From Camelus dromedarius (taxonomy: Eukaryota), in contig NC_087437.1 in the NCBI RefSeq assembly GCF_036321535.1, positions 13,766,001-13,830,000 of the forward strand: DNA of 64,000 bases. Reading direction: 5' to 3'. This document shows, one piece after another, positions 24,327 through 38,477 of this stretch. Each line of letters opens with the position of its first letter. Positions within the stretch are counted from its first letter, which is position 1. The position numbers were made by a program, and so were the translations under genes. The notes under the pieces were generated by a model that worked only from the letters and a program-made list of their open reading frames with translations, was not told where the DNA came from and did no database searches.

Positions 24327-26884
24327 GTATCCTTTAAAGATACAAAAATGGAAATACACAGTTTATCTGCCTGCTGGTAAGTGGCTAGATTGGATCTGAA
24401 CCCCAGACTCACAGTCACTCACTCTCACTCACTGCACTGGAGGGAGATCCTGGATTTAAGACATACTATTTGGCAGGATCTGTTGACTAGTTAATACACA
24501 AGGATTTAGAAGATGAAGAAATTCTGAGTAACAATAGGGTTTGTACTTTAAGCCACTGTTGGGGAAGTGACATCACTTACTCGTGGGATTAAAGAAGCAA
24601 ATGAGCCGTAGGCAATTATGGGAGAGGCCTCAAACACTTTTGTATTTAATCTGCGTACAGATTCAGATTCTGCCAACAGGTGAACTAAACTGTATAGTAG
24701 CTCATCCTAGGGAGCACCTTCGCTAGCATCTTCTCTGTGGCTCCTCATTTAAGTGCAAGGGGTGCAGAGTTGGGATGAGGAGGTGGGAAGACAGCATGTG
24801 AAAGAGCTTGTCAAACAAGGTCAGTCCCTGTCTTTCAAAAGAAAGCTTCTCTGTTGTATAACATTTATTATCGTATTAGCACTTCTCTTCAGAGTCGTGA
24901 ACATCCCTCAAAATCAACGTATAAAACAACTGCCTATCAACATTCTCAGTTCCCTCTGCTTCAGTCCACAATACAATACAAAAATTTGAGGAACCTCTTT
25001 TGGGAGCAGTTTATTTAAAGTCCAGAGGAAAATGTCCTCCTGTCTAATGGGACTGAAACACCCAGTTTGAGGAAGGCAATGGTCTGGGAGTGGAAATTCA
25101 CAGGCTTTGGAATCACAATGATCTGGGTTTCAAGTGCTGATTCTGCTCCTTACTATCTGTGTGATCTTGGACAAATGACTTAACCTTTCTGACCTCCTTC
25201 ATCTGAGGATATAAATCCTACCTCTTGGGATTATTTTGAGTATCAGTGAGACGAAAACAAAGTGCCGAAAACGTGAAAGGCACTTAACGTTTCCTTTAAC
25301 TTTTAAAATCAGAAAGACCTATGGTAAAAAGGAGCGAATAAAAATGTCTGTGAATAAAAATCATCACGTATCGTAGAGAGTCATTTTTACACAGTGCATT
25401 TTTACCACCTCTAAGATGTGGCTCAGTCTCGGCACCTACTTGCCAGGTAAAATGGAGACCCTTGTCATTCCCAACAGAGCTGGCCTATTACACAGGTTCC
25501 AACCCTGGGCTCCCAAGCATGGCAGAGCCCGCTTGCGTGAGTGACACCAGGAGGGCTGAGATCATTTCCCCCCCTATTCCTCTGCTGTCTCACAGCCCAG
25601 TGGGCTCATCAACAAGGGTAACCCACGTGAAACAAGCCCACAGGACGTCCAATCCAAAACCACAGTCGCACTCAAAGGGGTTAAAGTTCAGCAGGAAACA
25701 TACATCAGGAGAATCAAATATCTTCCTCTCCTCTCTAGGTCACCTCCCCTCCATAACAAGCCACACTCTTCTCCCAGAAAGCCACGTGTCCCTCCCTTAC
25801 TTTATCCAGTCTCTGCTCAGTGTCATCTGTTCAGTGAGACTCCCTAATGTCTTCATAGGATAGCTTCTCCTGTTTCTTTCCTTTACCATGCTTATTTTTT
25901 TTCCCTAGAGCTTATTATTCCCTGAAGTGATGTCATAGATTTGTGTTCTGTGAGTACTGTCTGCTTCTTCCGCTCTCTCGTTAAGCTCTAGGAAGACCAG
26001 TCTTTCTCTCCTTGTTACGTTCTTATTATCAGAATTCACTGCTGAATTAAAACTCATCGGGGCACATAGCAGATGCTCAATAAAATATTTGTTAACTGAA
26101 CGTTAGAAGATCAGTTGTCTAAGATAATAATACATATTATTTATATTACTTATTGAGTCAGGCCCCCCCAAATTCTTTGAGTTAAGCACTATTATTATTA
26201 TTATCCTCATTTTGTAGCTAAAGAAACTAACGTTTCACCAGCCCAAGGAGCTTGCCTAGAGACAGACAAAGACAGAGACAGACAGAGACATCAGGAGTCC
26301 AATCTACACGTGTGCCCTTAATCCCTACACACGTGGTTCTCCCAAGATTTGGAGGGTAGACAAATGATTAGATTAATGAGCCTTTAAATTCACTTCCAAC
26401 TCTGTGGCAATGGGAAAACACTCAGAAGACTATATAATCTTGTTAAAAAGTAAAACATTTCAACTGTTAGGAAGCAAGTTTGCCAGCCCCTCACTGGAGC
26501 CTCTCAGTAAGAGATGAACATGTCACTCACGTAGCAGGCCAGGGAGCAAACGTGTTCTGCAGAGGGCAGTGTCCTTTAACTGGCCCACTGGACCCAGCAC
26601 AGACTGACCTTAGAAAGGTCCACTTGAGAACATGAGAAACACCCTCTACTCAAAACCCGCTGTTCTGTTCCTGTCCCAAAGGCGGACAGCAGATTTGTTG
26701 CTCGGAAAAGTGACTTCAAAGTGAGAACAGAGAGGGTGGCGAGCAAGCAATATTCTACGTGAAGGTAAGAAGCATGTGTCTGAGACGTACAGAGTCTTGT
26801 GGTCACGTGGAGCAGGTGACTCCAGGTTCTGGAAAGGTTTGCTTAAGAGTAACCATGGGTTTTTAGAGAATAAGGGAAGCCTGT

Positions 26885-26919
<35 letters not shown>

Positions 26920-27862
26920 CCAATTCCTCCCTTTTCTAAGCACTCTGTGCCCCGCACGTGTTAGGTAATTACTACTTTAACTGATTTCACTTGCCTCACT
27001 CTGAACTGCTTCCCAAAAACATACGTGCTTTGTTCATCTTTCTATCACCGGCATCGACCAGCCACAGTGCTCAACAAAGTTGAAATTCCAATAAATATTT
27101 ATTAAATAAATGCATGGTAGAAAACAACAGGTTTTGGGGTTTGGTTTTTTTTTTTGGTTTTTTTTTTTGTTTTGTTTTGTTTTTGCCAATTTAATACCAA
27201 GGTAATATTTTTAAAAATAGTCATGACTTTAAACTTCTGGCTCACGCATAACCTTTTAGCAGAGATAAGGCAGAATGGTTAAAAATGCTGACTTTATATT
27301 CAGGAAACCCTAGATTTAACTCTGATCCTTAATACTTCGGGTTGTAAGAAGAATCTGTAAACCTCCAAACTCTTGTTGCTTCATCTGCACCTGGAGATAA
27401 CAGCTACCTTTCTTTCGGAGGAGGTCGTCAAGGGGACGTGGCCGCTGGGTGACCTGGGAGCTGGTCTCGGGCAGCAGGCGGCCTTTTCCCCAGCTCCCTG
27501 TACTTGGAAAGTATGTTCTACCCGCTGTCCCCACAGTGCGAGCCACTTTCAAGGCAGATACTGCTCATTCGTGACACTCTTTCCTCTTACCCACTCGTTG
27601 ATGGTGTTATGGCAACTTTTATTTTCTTCTTTATGGCTTGTTGTCATAAATCCACAATGAATGGATTTTACTGTTCTAATAATTTAAAGAAAATAAAAGT
27701 AAATGATTTACTGCCTGAATGACCACCCTATGAAAGAAGCACTTAACAAAGAAATAAAGAACCAAAATCAAACAGTCAAAGCAAGAAAAAAGAAAGACAG
27801 AGCCATGTTGGGGTATTGAAGATGGAAGCAATTGTCGTACTGCCAAAAAGGAGAAGGAGGGA

Positions 27863-28035
27863 GATTATGGACTGAACTGCGTCCCCACCAAAATAAGCTG
27901 GTGTCCTGTCCCCCAGTACCTGTGATGTGTCCTTTGGAAATAGGTTTTTTTTTGCAGATGATCAAGTTAAAGTGACGTCATTAGGGTGGACTCCAAAGAA
28001 TATAGCTTATAAAAAGGGGAAATTTAGACAAAAAG

Positions 28036-28068
<33 letters not shown>

Positions 28069-28310
28069 CGGGGAGAATGCCATGTGGAGATGAAGGCAGA
28101 GATCAAGGGGATGCTTCTATAAGCCAAAGAGAACCAAAAATTACCAGGACTCCACTGAAGCTAGGTGGGAGTGCTGGAACAGAGTCTCCCTCACAGCCCC
28201 GGAAGGAACCGACCTTAATTAAGTAGCCTTAATCTCGACTTCGAGCCTCCAGAACTGTGAGACAACAGAGCCACCCAGTTTGCGGCACCTTCTAACAGCA
28301 GCCTCAGAAA
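27863..28310 (+). mobile_element. MaLR solo LTR (MLT1C-like)
   Basis: gatgaaggcagagatc, aagccaaagagaacc, cctccagaactgtgagaca; internal (CA)n. Confidence 0.8.
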
Positions 28311-29399
28311 GGGGGCAAGACAAGAAGAGGAAGAGGGAGAGAAGAAAAGACAGAAACGTTTATCAGCCATGAAAGCTCAGTCTCTCTTGGAAAGGAAAGC
28401 GTCCACATAAAGCTAATTTGTTATGGTAAAATAGCCAATATAAATTCAACTTTCCCAAATACAGTTAATACATGTTCCTAGGTAAATGTTTCATTTCTGA
28501 GAGATAATGGACCAGCGTGGACTGTCTGGATGACGCTGTGTTTCCTTCCTCTGCATTAGAGAGAGATTTCAGTGGCAAAGTGCAGGGAAAGGTACATGTT
28601 ATCTCAGAGACTGGACTTAGAGGAGGAAAGATGATAAACATTTGCAGAGGGCAAGAGGAGGTCTGGAATCAAAGCGTGAGTGGTAATAGCATCGTTGTCC
28701 TACTGGCTCCGTGCAGAGATGTCTGTGAGGCTGTGAACCCACGGGGAAAGGACCCTGGACCGTAGCTCACGCTCCCTTGGGAGGCCGGCTGTTCAAAGTG
28801 AGCAAACAGCCTAAGGCAGATGATTTTCATGCTCCTCCAGGATTTCTTTGTTTATTTTTTAAGCCAGAGTCCTTTCCCTAAGTCAGTGTTTTTTTTTTTA
28901 AAGGGAGATCCACAGACCATGTTTAGCAACATCGCTTGGAGTACTCATCTGAAATTACAGTTTCTGCCCCAACCTGACCCTCCGAATCTACAGATTCAGG
29001 ATCTCTGGGAGTAGAGTCCAGGATCCTGCATTTTATTTTATCAGCAACACAGGTGATTCTTCCAGAAAAGCTCTAGGGTCTAGCAGCCTTCTGTTCTGTA
29101 GCTTCCTCTGTTGTCCAAGTTGTAAGTTTGTATATTTGGTTGGTTAACTTTATGGAGAATACATTCTTTACATTCTACATTATTCTTTACGTTAAGAAAG
29201 GATTTGGAGGCCTTGGAATGCCAACAGTGTAATTGAAGCCATGGATCAAGATGCAGAAGTTATGAATTTATTCTGACTCTTGATTATGGAACATGGGTTG
29301 TTTTGATGATAGACAGTCTCAAAATGGGAGGAGGTTTAGAATATATATTATAATATTTAAAAAAAAAGGATCAGGCATGTAATAATTGGGGAAAGTTTG

Positions 29400-30930
29400 C
29401 CACCTTGGTAGAGGAAAAAAATACATAAAGATGGTTACTATATCAAAGTACGTACTACATAATGGTACAGTCCACAATGAAGTTTCGATTATCATAAGTT
29501 TTTATATAGCAAATATAGCATATAAATCCATAAGGCAACAATGTCAAAAATGCAACAAGAATTGGACAGAAATACAATTATGGTAGAAGACTTTAGCTTA
29601 TGTTTGAAAATTAATAAAAATGAAAAATAAAGCATACTGTTACCAAAAAAATTTGAAACCTTCCCCCAATTCAGTCAAGAAAAAAAAAATCAAAAGTTGT
29701 AACCAACCTAGAAAATAACAATGATAAAACAACAATGCATTAGAAACTGTGAGAAACTTCTAAAGCCATGAAGAAAATTCATAACGTTTAATAGTTTTAT
29801 TACTAAGTGTTAAACTTTCAAATCAAGACATTTTAGAAGAAAGCAAACCAAATGAAGCAACATAAAGAAATAAAGACAAAAACAGGAAGCAATGAATCAG
29901 AAAAAAAGAAAAAGCACAGACAGCGCTAATAAATACACTTAAGAATAAAAAATAGGATAACAAACAATGAAAAAGCTCCCTGGCGAATATATTTTTAAAC
30001 AGGAAGTGTACAAATTTAGAAGAAAGAATATAAACATACTATACACAAAAAATGTAAACGGAATTTTAAAATAATATGAGAAAGTGGAATGAAATGGATT
30101 ATGTTAATAGCAAGTATCAAATTTATATTACATACAGATTATATATTAATATAAATTACCAAAACAGACAGCAAAAGAGATGAGAAGGGCCAAGGAGACC
30201 AAATACTGCAAGCCAACTGAAAAAGTTGTTAAACAGGTGCCCTTTAAAAGCCACCCAATTCAGAAAACATCCCAGAGGATTTCCATCACCTCCTGTCACA
30301 CTTCAAGGGACAAAGATTTCTAGTGCATTAAAATAGTTCCAAAGCATGAAGAGAAAAGAAAGGCTTCCAAACAGTATTTACAAAGCCAGTATAACGTCTC
30401 CCCAAAACCTGAAAATGATAACACAGAAAACTACACATCAGTGCTTTATGAATACTATCTAAAAATGCAAAATAAAGTGATGGAAATGGAACCGCGTTGA
30501 GCATTAAAGGAAAAATGCAGCATCATCAAAACAGATTGGCTGCAGAAATTTTAAGTTAAAATTCAACATATTAAAAGATCAAAGGAGCAAAACCAGATAC
30601 TTCTTTCTGTAGCTGTTAAAGAGGAATTTGTAAAATACCCAATACCTATTCAGCATACTTCTCTTAATTGTAGGAGACTCAATAAAGCAGGAAAACAGGG
30701 ATATTTTTAATTCCATAAATTGGGTGGGGAATGTGTGCTTGTATCTCTGAGTGTGTGTCAAATAAAAATTCCAGCTTTTTGCTTAGTGGTGAAGCATTCA
30801 CGTATTCCCTTTAAAGTCAGAAATGGGCTAAAAATGTCTTTGTATCACAACTATGGTTTAAACTTACATTTTAAGTACTATTACAATTAGAAAAAAGAAA
30901 TAAGAGGTTAAAAAAAAAACTGGAGAGTGA
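29400..30930 (+). mobile_element. Ancient decayed L1 ORF2 remnant
   Basis: A-rich text with EN/RT-like relics (gacagaaatacaattatggtagaagacttta; ttccaaacagtatttacaaagccagtataac). Boundaries approximate. Confidence 0.55.
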
Positions 30931-31109
30931 ATTTGTGCTGGATGAAAGGTAAAACGGATAAACCATCTGAGTGAAGGAAAGCTGAAATATTAAAGCCGAG
31001 ATCTCCGCTGGGCCCTTGGCTCTGCGTGGTAATTGCACTGTAGTTCCACTGAATGTTTACTTCCCCGCTATCTGGGACACGTATTTCCTAACCCCTTGCT
31101 CCTGAAACC

Positions 31110-33590
31110 TCTAAAACAGTCTCCAACCTCCTTGCTTCCATTTCCCCAGATGGTGTTGCTTCCTACTTTTAACTGAGAGTATTAAGTCTCTCGGAATAGA
31201 ACTCGCTCCTCCTCCCATTAAAATGCAAGAGTTGGCCATTGCTTTTTGATCCAACCATTCTGCTGTGTTCTGGATCCCATTCATTCTCCAAGGACCTTCC
31301 TCTGGACTCTTTACTGCATCACATACACACTCAGTACTTGAACACACACAAACACAGAGCGGGGACCAGCCCGCATCTTCTTCCTCGGCTTCTCCATCCA
31401 ATATCTCCCCATTTTCGGCTCCTTTTCATAGGTAAATATTTCCCAAAGAGTTGGAGACAGCTGCAGCTTCTCCATCCTTGCCTCTCCTTCCCTTTTTAAT
31501 TGGTTCTGACTGTACTTTCATCTCCCCCACTCTACTGGCGCTGCTCCCATCAGAGTCACATGGCCCCGTCTTGCCAAATCCAGTGGTCACTGCTCTGTCC
31601 TCATCTGTCTCCTGCAAACACTTGGGGTTTTCATCACAGTTGACCACTTCCTCCTTAAAATACTCTCTCCGCCCAGCCTCTGTGGCATTACACTCTTCTG
31701 TTCCCTTCCAAGTCTTCATTACGCCATTCCAGGACCCCGACTCTGTTTGCACTCTAAATGCTGGCATGCCACAGGGCTCTATTCTTGGTCCTTTTATTTA
31801 TTTTTTTCCTTAACATTATTGTGACAACAATATTGAGGTGTAAGTTACTATGAAATCCATCCTATTTTAAGAGCACAATAATTTTCAGTAGATTTACAGA
31901 GTTGTGCAACCATCTCCACAATCCAATTTCAGAACATTTCTTTTACTGCAGGAAGATCCTTTTTGCTCATTTATAGTTAAGTCTGTTCCCACACGCAGCC
32001 TAGGCAACTACAAATCAACTTTGTCTATACATAGATTCACTTCTCCTTTTCTCATTTGACACACTCTCTATAGGTCATTTCATAGAAGCCTGTGGCTTTG
32101 GATACTAGCTCTATGTCCAGGATAACCAGATTTATGGCAACAGTCCCAATCTCTCCCTAACTCCAAACTCCAATCACCATTCAACGTCTCTACTCGGATT
32201 TTTAATAGGCATTTCAAACACTTCTAAACAGGGCTGTTGTTTGTTTACTCCGCATAGACTAGTGGCTAAGAACTTGGTCTGCACCAGACATCCAAGGGTT
32301 TGAATCTGGGTTTCTCAGTTATTAGTTGTGTGACCTTAGGCAAATAACTTAATCTTTTTGTGCCTTAATTTTCTCATCTGTAGAATGGAACTCAACAACG
32401 GTATCTATCTCACAGGGCTGTTAAGAGAATTAGACAAATTAACATCTATAAAAAATTTCAAACAGAATCTGCCGAGTAATAAACCAGTGGCCCAGCCTGC
32501 ACCCCATACCCATTAAATTACAATCTCTGGAGATGACACTAGACAGAGGGTTTTTTGTTTTTTTTTTATTCACAGGTAATTTCGATACGAGGCTAAGGTT
32601 GAGAGCCAGGGTAGTAAGAGCTACATAAGTTTGTATTAAGAAATAAGATAAACCTGTTTCTCTATCAAGCTTTACCTCCTGCTTTTCCCCATGTTCACAA
32701 ATCTGTATCTGACATTTCTGTTGATTACTCACAGCATCCGTCCACATTTTTCCTTGCTAAAAGAATGCAGATCTTGTTCAGGTACCAGACAACCATGTGC
32801 TTCCTGGAACTAGGCCCCTTTCCCAGTTCCAGAGATTGACTTGTGGTCAGTCTGTGTCAATCATAGCGGCCCTACCTCCTACCAGTGATTGGTTTACAAT
32901 GGTGTTGTGTTGTGACTTTAGTCAATAAAACCTAAGGGGAAGGTTTTTCCGTACAGATTAAATGAGCCATACAAATGGAATGCCCATCTCCTTTCTGCAT
33001 CTGGCTGTTTCCGCCTGCATGCTGCAGTATTATAGCTATATTATAGCTATATTATATTTATCTATATTATAGATAAAGCCGTGTGCTGACAGCGGTGGCA
33101 GCCACTTGAGACCCTGAAAGCGCTAATCGAAAGCAGGGAAAAAGTGAGTGAAAGAACCTAGGCTCTTGATGACATCCTTGAGCCCCTAAATTAACTATCC
33201 CTGGAGTGTTCTACCTCTGTACTACTTGTTATGAAAATTGAGGTAGTTCTTCAGCAATTCATGGTCCAAAGCATCCTGACATGCGACCTCAGAAATAACA
33301 CAACCATTCATCCAGTTTCTCAAGCCCAGTGCCTAGGAGTGTTCGTTGATTTCCCCCTTCCCCTCACACGTCACATCTAAGGCTAGTCAGCTCTTCCTTC
33401 CAAATATGGATTTTTTTCCATCCACCCACTTCTTTCCACCTCCCTGTGTCTAGCCTGATCCAGGCCATCTGCCTCCTGGGCCGGTGCCCTCCCTCCTGGC
33501 TGTTGTCTTTGCTCCTCTATAATCTATTCTTGACAAAGAGCCACAATGATGTTTAGTACATGTCACTCCCTTCTTCCTCTTCCTCCAGAA
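31110..33590 (+). mobile_element. Fragmented L2 interrupted by L1MB, MIR, MER5 and an MLT1-like LTR
   Basis: L2 text (gccaaatccagtggtcac, cacagttgaccacttcctcctt, ttcatccagtttctcaagcc). Boundaries approximate. Confidence 0.55.
31800..32040 (-). mobile_element. L1MB-type 3' end
   Basis: tttacagagttgtgcaaccatctccacaatccaatttcagaacatttc. Confidence 0.7.
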
Positions 33591-33643
33591 TGAGGAAGTT
33601 GTAATCACCCATGATCGACAATGCAGTCCTGATGAGATGGTAT

Positions 33644-34398
33644 TTAGTGGTGAGCTGGAGCCAGTGTGCACTGGCTTGTAAGAATCAGTTGTTAGTGGAG
33701 AGGGTATAGTTCAGTGGGAGAGCCCTTGCCTAGCATGCATGAGGTCCTTGGTTCAATCCCCAGTACCTCTATTAAAAAAAAATCCAGTGTTAAATATTTA
33801 AGAATTTTGCAAACCATTTGCTAGATACAGTCATCATTCAAAATTAAATTGTATACTCTCTCTGCCTCTTTTTTCCTTCTCTTTCCTCTGTCTCTCTCTG
33901 TGTCTCTCTCTCCCACTCTCCTTCTCTCTCTCCCTTCTTCTCTCCTCTCTCTCTCTCTCTGGCTCCGCCTCTCTCTCTGTGTCTGTGTCGCTCTGTGTGC
34001 CTCTCCCTCCCTTCCTCCCTCCCTAAAAAGAAATAATAATAACTAGACAATATAAACTTAAAATTAAATAAACTATAATAGAAACAAAGATAATAAATAC
34101 TCAAAATTCACCCCTTCCAAATTATTTTTCTACATTGTATTAGCTACTCTCTTGAGGTGATTGATTGTTATGGTATGTGTATTGCATATGATGGAAATAC
34201 TTCATAATGGTATACAGTGGTACATAATGGTATATAATGGTGTGCTCACCTCTTCCCAACTCCATGTTTAATGACATCCTGTTGGTAGCTTGAAATTAGC
34301 TGTGGTGGGAATATTTACACCATGGAAGTTGGCAAATGCTACCAATCAGAATTCTTTTTCTTCAAAGCCATTTATCAAACCTTTACAACACACCATTC
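33644..34398 (+). mobile_element. MER63B-like hAT MITE with SINE and CT-tract insertions
   Basis: agtggtgagctggagcc..., gttggtagcttgaaattagctgtggtgggaatatttacaccatggaa, ...cacacca. Confidence 0.75.
33697..33782 (+). mobile_element. vic-1-type SINE (short form)
   Basis: tRNA-Ala-like head followed directly by poly-A; degenerate TSD. Confidence 0.82.
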
Positions 34399-34785
34399 AA
34401 TGGATCATTTTGAATGTGGTTCAGTAGTAATCACCTCATTTATGAAAGTAGCTGAAGACACAAGTTAAGTTTTAAAGAGATCATTCACCTTCAAGACACC
34501 CTGATCCAACTCCTCGCAGTTCCCCAGAATGCATCATGTTCCCTCCTTCCTCCACGTCTTTTCTATTGACCTAAATACTCAGCTAATAAATGATTGCGTC
34601 AGTGTTCCTCTTCTTAGCAACCATAATATCCTGTGCTTGTTTCACGGGGCTCATCACATTGTAAGTGTCGGTCTTTGCCCACAAGTTGCTCCTTTAGGGA
34701 GGGGTTGTGTCTGCTCAAACTTGGTGTGCCAGGACCTGCTCTCAGTAGATTGTCAACACATTTTCTAATCAGTAGCTGGCTAGTA

Positions 34786-35125
34786 GCAACACTTCTCAAA
34801 CATTTCATCTCAGGACTCTTACATTCTTAAAAATACTTAAGGATCTTTAACAGCTTTTACTTATGTGGGTTGAATCTATTGATATTTACTATATTTGAAA
34901 TTAACACCAAGAACATTTTAAAACACAAGAATACACAGGAACACATTCAACTTGCCATCAGGACAATGATGTCATCATATGTCATGAAGCGTTAGGAAAA
35001 CTCCAATGGATGCTCAGGAGAGAATGAGGGTGAAAAAGAAAATAATACCTTAGTATTGATATAAAAATAGTTTTGATCTCATGGACCCTCAGAATAGATC
35101 TCAGGAATCTAAGGATCTCAGGGAC
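34786..35125 (-). mobile_element. hAT-Charlie MITE
   Basis: cttctcaaac..tctcaggac..., tatgtgggttgaatctattgatatttac, aaaatagttttgatctcatggaccc. Subfamily uncertain. Confidence 0.65.
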
Positions 35126-35148
35126 TTGCTGAAGGAGCTCAGAGCCCC

Positions 35149-35210
35149 CACCTTATAGTCATTCTTCACCTTATAGTCATTCTTCTTCATCTTATAGTCA
35201 TTCTTCATCT
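35149..35210. repeat. Tandem repeat, 3 x ~18-21 bp (CAYCTTATAGTCATTCTT)
   Basis: Directly visible. Confidence 0.85.
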
Positions 35211-37156
35211 GAACAAACTTGACTCAGACAAAAATACTCTGTCCTTGGTTGGGTTCAGTGGATTTGACAAAACGATCATGATTTAGGATTGAATATAGCG
35301 ACTATGTCTCAATGCGATAGTTGAGAAATGGACTTGTCAACCACTTGATATGAATCAATTGTTCTGTGGATTTTTTCCATAAAAAAATGGAATTTTTGTA
35401 AAGCCATAACATGGTACTAAACACATTAATCAAATATTTATTTTTGATAGAACTTCTCTAAGCTATTTTCTTACTACAAATAAGTGATATTTTTGAACAA
35501 CTGACATTTTGGGATATATGTTATGCCCCTGATATTTAACTTTTCCATAATGCCACACTAAATTTAAAATCCTCCAGCTGTAAGGACACTAGTCGTCTGT
35601 CAGCCTCTTTGACAATGAAAACACAGGGTCAGTGCATGAAGATTTCTGTAGTTTTCCTTTGAACCACAAGACTTTCCTGATTGAAACCACCATATGGCCT
35701 TATAATTTGGTCCAACCCGCTAACATCTGTACATTACTACAGCAATGTCCTTGAAGGGTTTACTTTGTTGTCCAAAATTGGGACTGTAAAAATCTTTTTA
35801 ATTCCTACATCTATATCCAAAATTATGTCATGTTACCCAAAAGCTTGAATTTTTTTATACTAAGACTAATATTTCTTTGTTCAACATTATTTCTTATAAG
35901 CAGTGCCGGGTAGAGTATGAGCTTCAGATTACTCAATTTTATTTGAGTAAATCTAATAAATCATTGAGAAATAAGAAAGGATGAAATGGGGTGAAATAGA
36001 TATATTTAGGATGTTTTAGGATGCCTACACTCAACCTCACTGTGATATAATAGGGGCCACCCTACTGCCTACAACAAAGCTTTCCATCAAGCATCACAAA
36101 GTGTCCCCATGTTTTCTTGAAGTAATTTCCCTTTTAGGATGATTAATGCCACACTTCCGGAAGGAGGGTACTTTTATCCTGGAGCGTGCATTCATGTGAG
36201 TGAGTGTGTGGGACAGGACCAGGGACAGTGGTAACATCATCACGGAGTGTGTGCCCCATGATAAATCATTTAAAAATATTATTTTTATTACGATAAACAC
36301 AGGCAGGGGGCAATAGTATTAATTGTATCGAATGCAGGTGAAGATACAGTTTCTTCGAGGTTCTTTGCCTTTTGGACTTGTAAACATGAAGGTTGTGCAT
36401 AAATTTGTGAGTATATTATAAAGCGTAAAGTGACCTAAAACTAATTAATTACATAAACACAGACATATTCACATAAAATGAAGAAGTTATATTAATTTTT
36501 CAGATCAAATAGAGGATTCAAAAATGCCTCTCCTTCAGCTGACTGATTCCCCCAAAACATATCCCAATTGCCAGAAATTAGCAGGGAGCCTAAGGTCAGC
36601 AGCCAAATCCTGGAGAAGAGAACTTAGACAATCACAAAGCTTTGAAAACCCCAGAACCAAGAGATAAAGATTAACGCAACTCTACTTATTCAAAGCAAGT
36701 CAACCAAGAGGTAAAAATGCCCATCCCTCTAGTGATGGAATAAACAGAAAACCAGTTTAGAGATATTACAAGAAAGTTTCAAAACATAGTGGGATTTTGT
36801 TTTTTTGTTTTTTTTAGGTAAAGAAGTTGATTAGAAAGGATTCATTCATTTAACAAATATTTAATGAGCCCCTCCACGTGCCAGGTATTGTTCTATCGAA
36901 CAAGGCACAGCAGTAAATGCCTCTGCTCTCAAGGAGGTTAAAATACTGGTGCAGGAAACGGATGATAAACAACCAAATAAATACATAAATAAACACACAA
37001 CAGAATGCCAGGCATGAAAAGTGCTGTAACAGAAATAAAATAAGGTGGAAGGACAGAGCCTGTTACAAAGCAGCTAGTTTTCTCGGGGTGGTCCAGGGAG
37101 TCCTAAAGAAGTGGAGTGAGAGAGTCAGCCCCTCTGAGGGAAGATGTTAGCAGAGA

Positions 37157-37657
37157 GATGTCCATTGACAGATGATTGGATAAAGAAGCTGTGGTTTATT
37201 TATACAGTGGAATACTACTCAGCCATAAGGAAGAATAAAATAGTGCCATTTGCAGCAACATGGATGGAACTGGAGATCGTCATTCTAAATGAGGTAAGCC
37301 AGAAAGAGAAAGAAAAATACCATATGATATCACTCACATGTGGAATCTGAAAAAAGAAAGAAAAAAGAGGACACTAATGAGCTCATCTACAAAACAGAAA
37401 CAGATTCGCAGACTTAGTAAACAATCTTATGGTTACCGGGGAAAGAGGGTGGGAAGGGATAAATTTGGAAGTTTGAGAGTTGCAAAGGTTAACCACTATA
37501 TATAAAAAACATATTTCTTCTGTATTGCAATATCTTGCAATAACCTTTAATGAAAAAGAATATGAAAAGGAATATATGTATGTATATGCATGACTGGGGC
37601 ATTATGCTGTACACCAGAGACTGACACATTGTAACTGACTATATTTCAATTAAAAAA
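37157..37657 (+). mobile_element. 5'-truncated L1 inside an antisense L2
   Basis: ORF 37144-37350 includes L1 ORF2 end ([20 protein letters not shown]), then 3'UTR and A tail; L2 text on both flanks. Confidence 0.9.
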
Positions 37658-38477
37658 GAAAATGCGAAGTGCCTGAGGTGGTAGTGGGTGTGGCTGGTTT
37701 GAGGAACAGTGAGGTCGCACGACTAGAGTGGAGTGAGCAAGGGAAAAGCTAGTGACAGGGCTGAGTTGATGAGGTCGCAGGAGGCAGATCACGAGGGACC
37801 TTGAAGTCCATGGAGGGAGTTGGGATTTTATTCTAAGCATTGTGGGAAGCCAATGGAAGATTTTTTTTCATTGGCCAGTGACCTGATTTGATTCAGAAAA
37901 TTCTTAAGGACAAAACTGAGGACTCGCTAAATGGGTATTGTGTTATTCTGGGGTTTTCATGTTAACTACAAGAAGTTGTAGAATCTAATACAAGACATAT
38001 CAAAAGATGGAGAAAGGGGACAAGGGCAGAAATTGAAGCAAGGGAAAGGAAATGTTCTGTCTTCAATAGTTTATGAATTGGCTGTAGAATAGGAATAGGC
38101 AGGTGAATTATGCTATAAACTGAATTACTTTTCAGACCCACCTTTTATAAACCTGAGGGTACCCAAAACTCAAGTGAGAAACAGCATATAGGTAATACTA
38201 GACATTTTATATGTTCTTTTCTGACTTGAATAAAAATATCTGTTCATTGTAAGAAATTTGGAAAGTAGGGAAAAGCAGAAAGAAGAAAATGAAACCACTT
38301 ATAACCGTTTCACCCAGAAACAAACCACCATCAAAATGTCGTGGGTGTGCATTCCGTTTTTATTCAGTACACGTGCATACCAAATGCAATGGGATAATAT
38401 TTTTTTAAGTTGTGAGATCTTCACCTTTGAAATATGATAGAATCAATGTAGTGTTCTGGCCGTAAGGTTATATTAAA

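Noticed and set aside
35660..35700. ALDH-like PYGGF..SG motif on the minus strand
   Set aside because: It needs a frameshift and has no ALDH-like context; likely chance.
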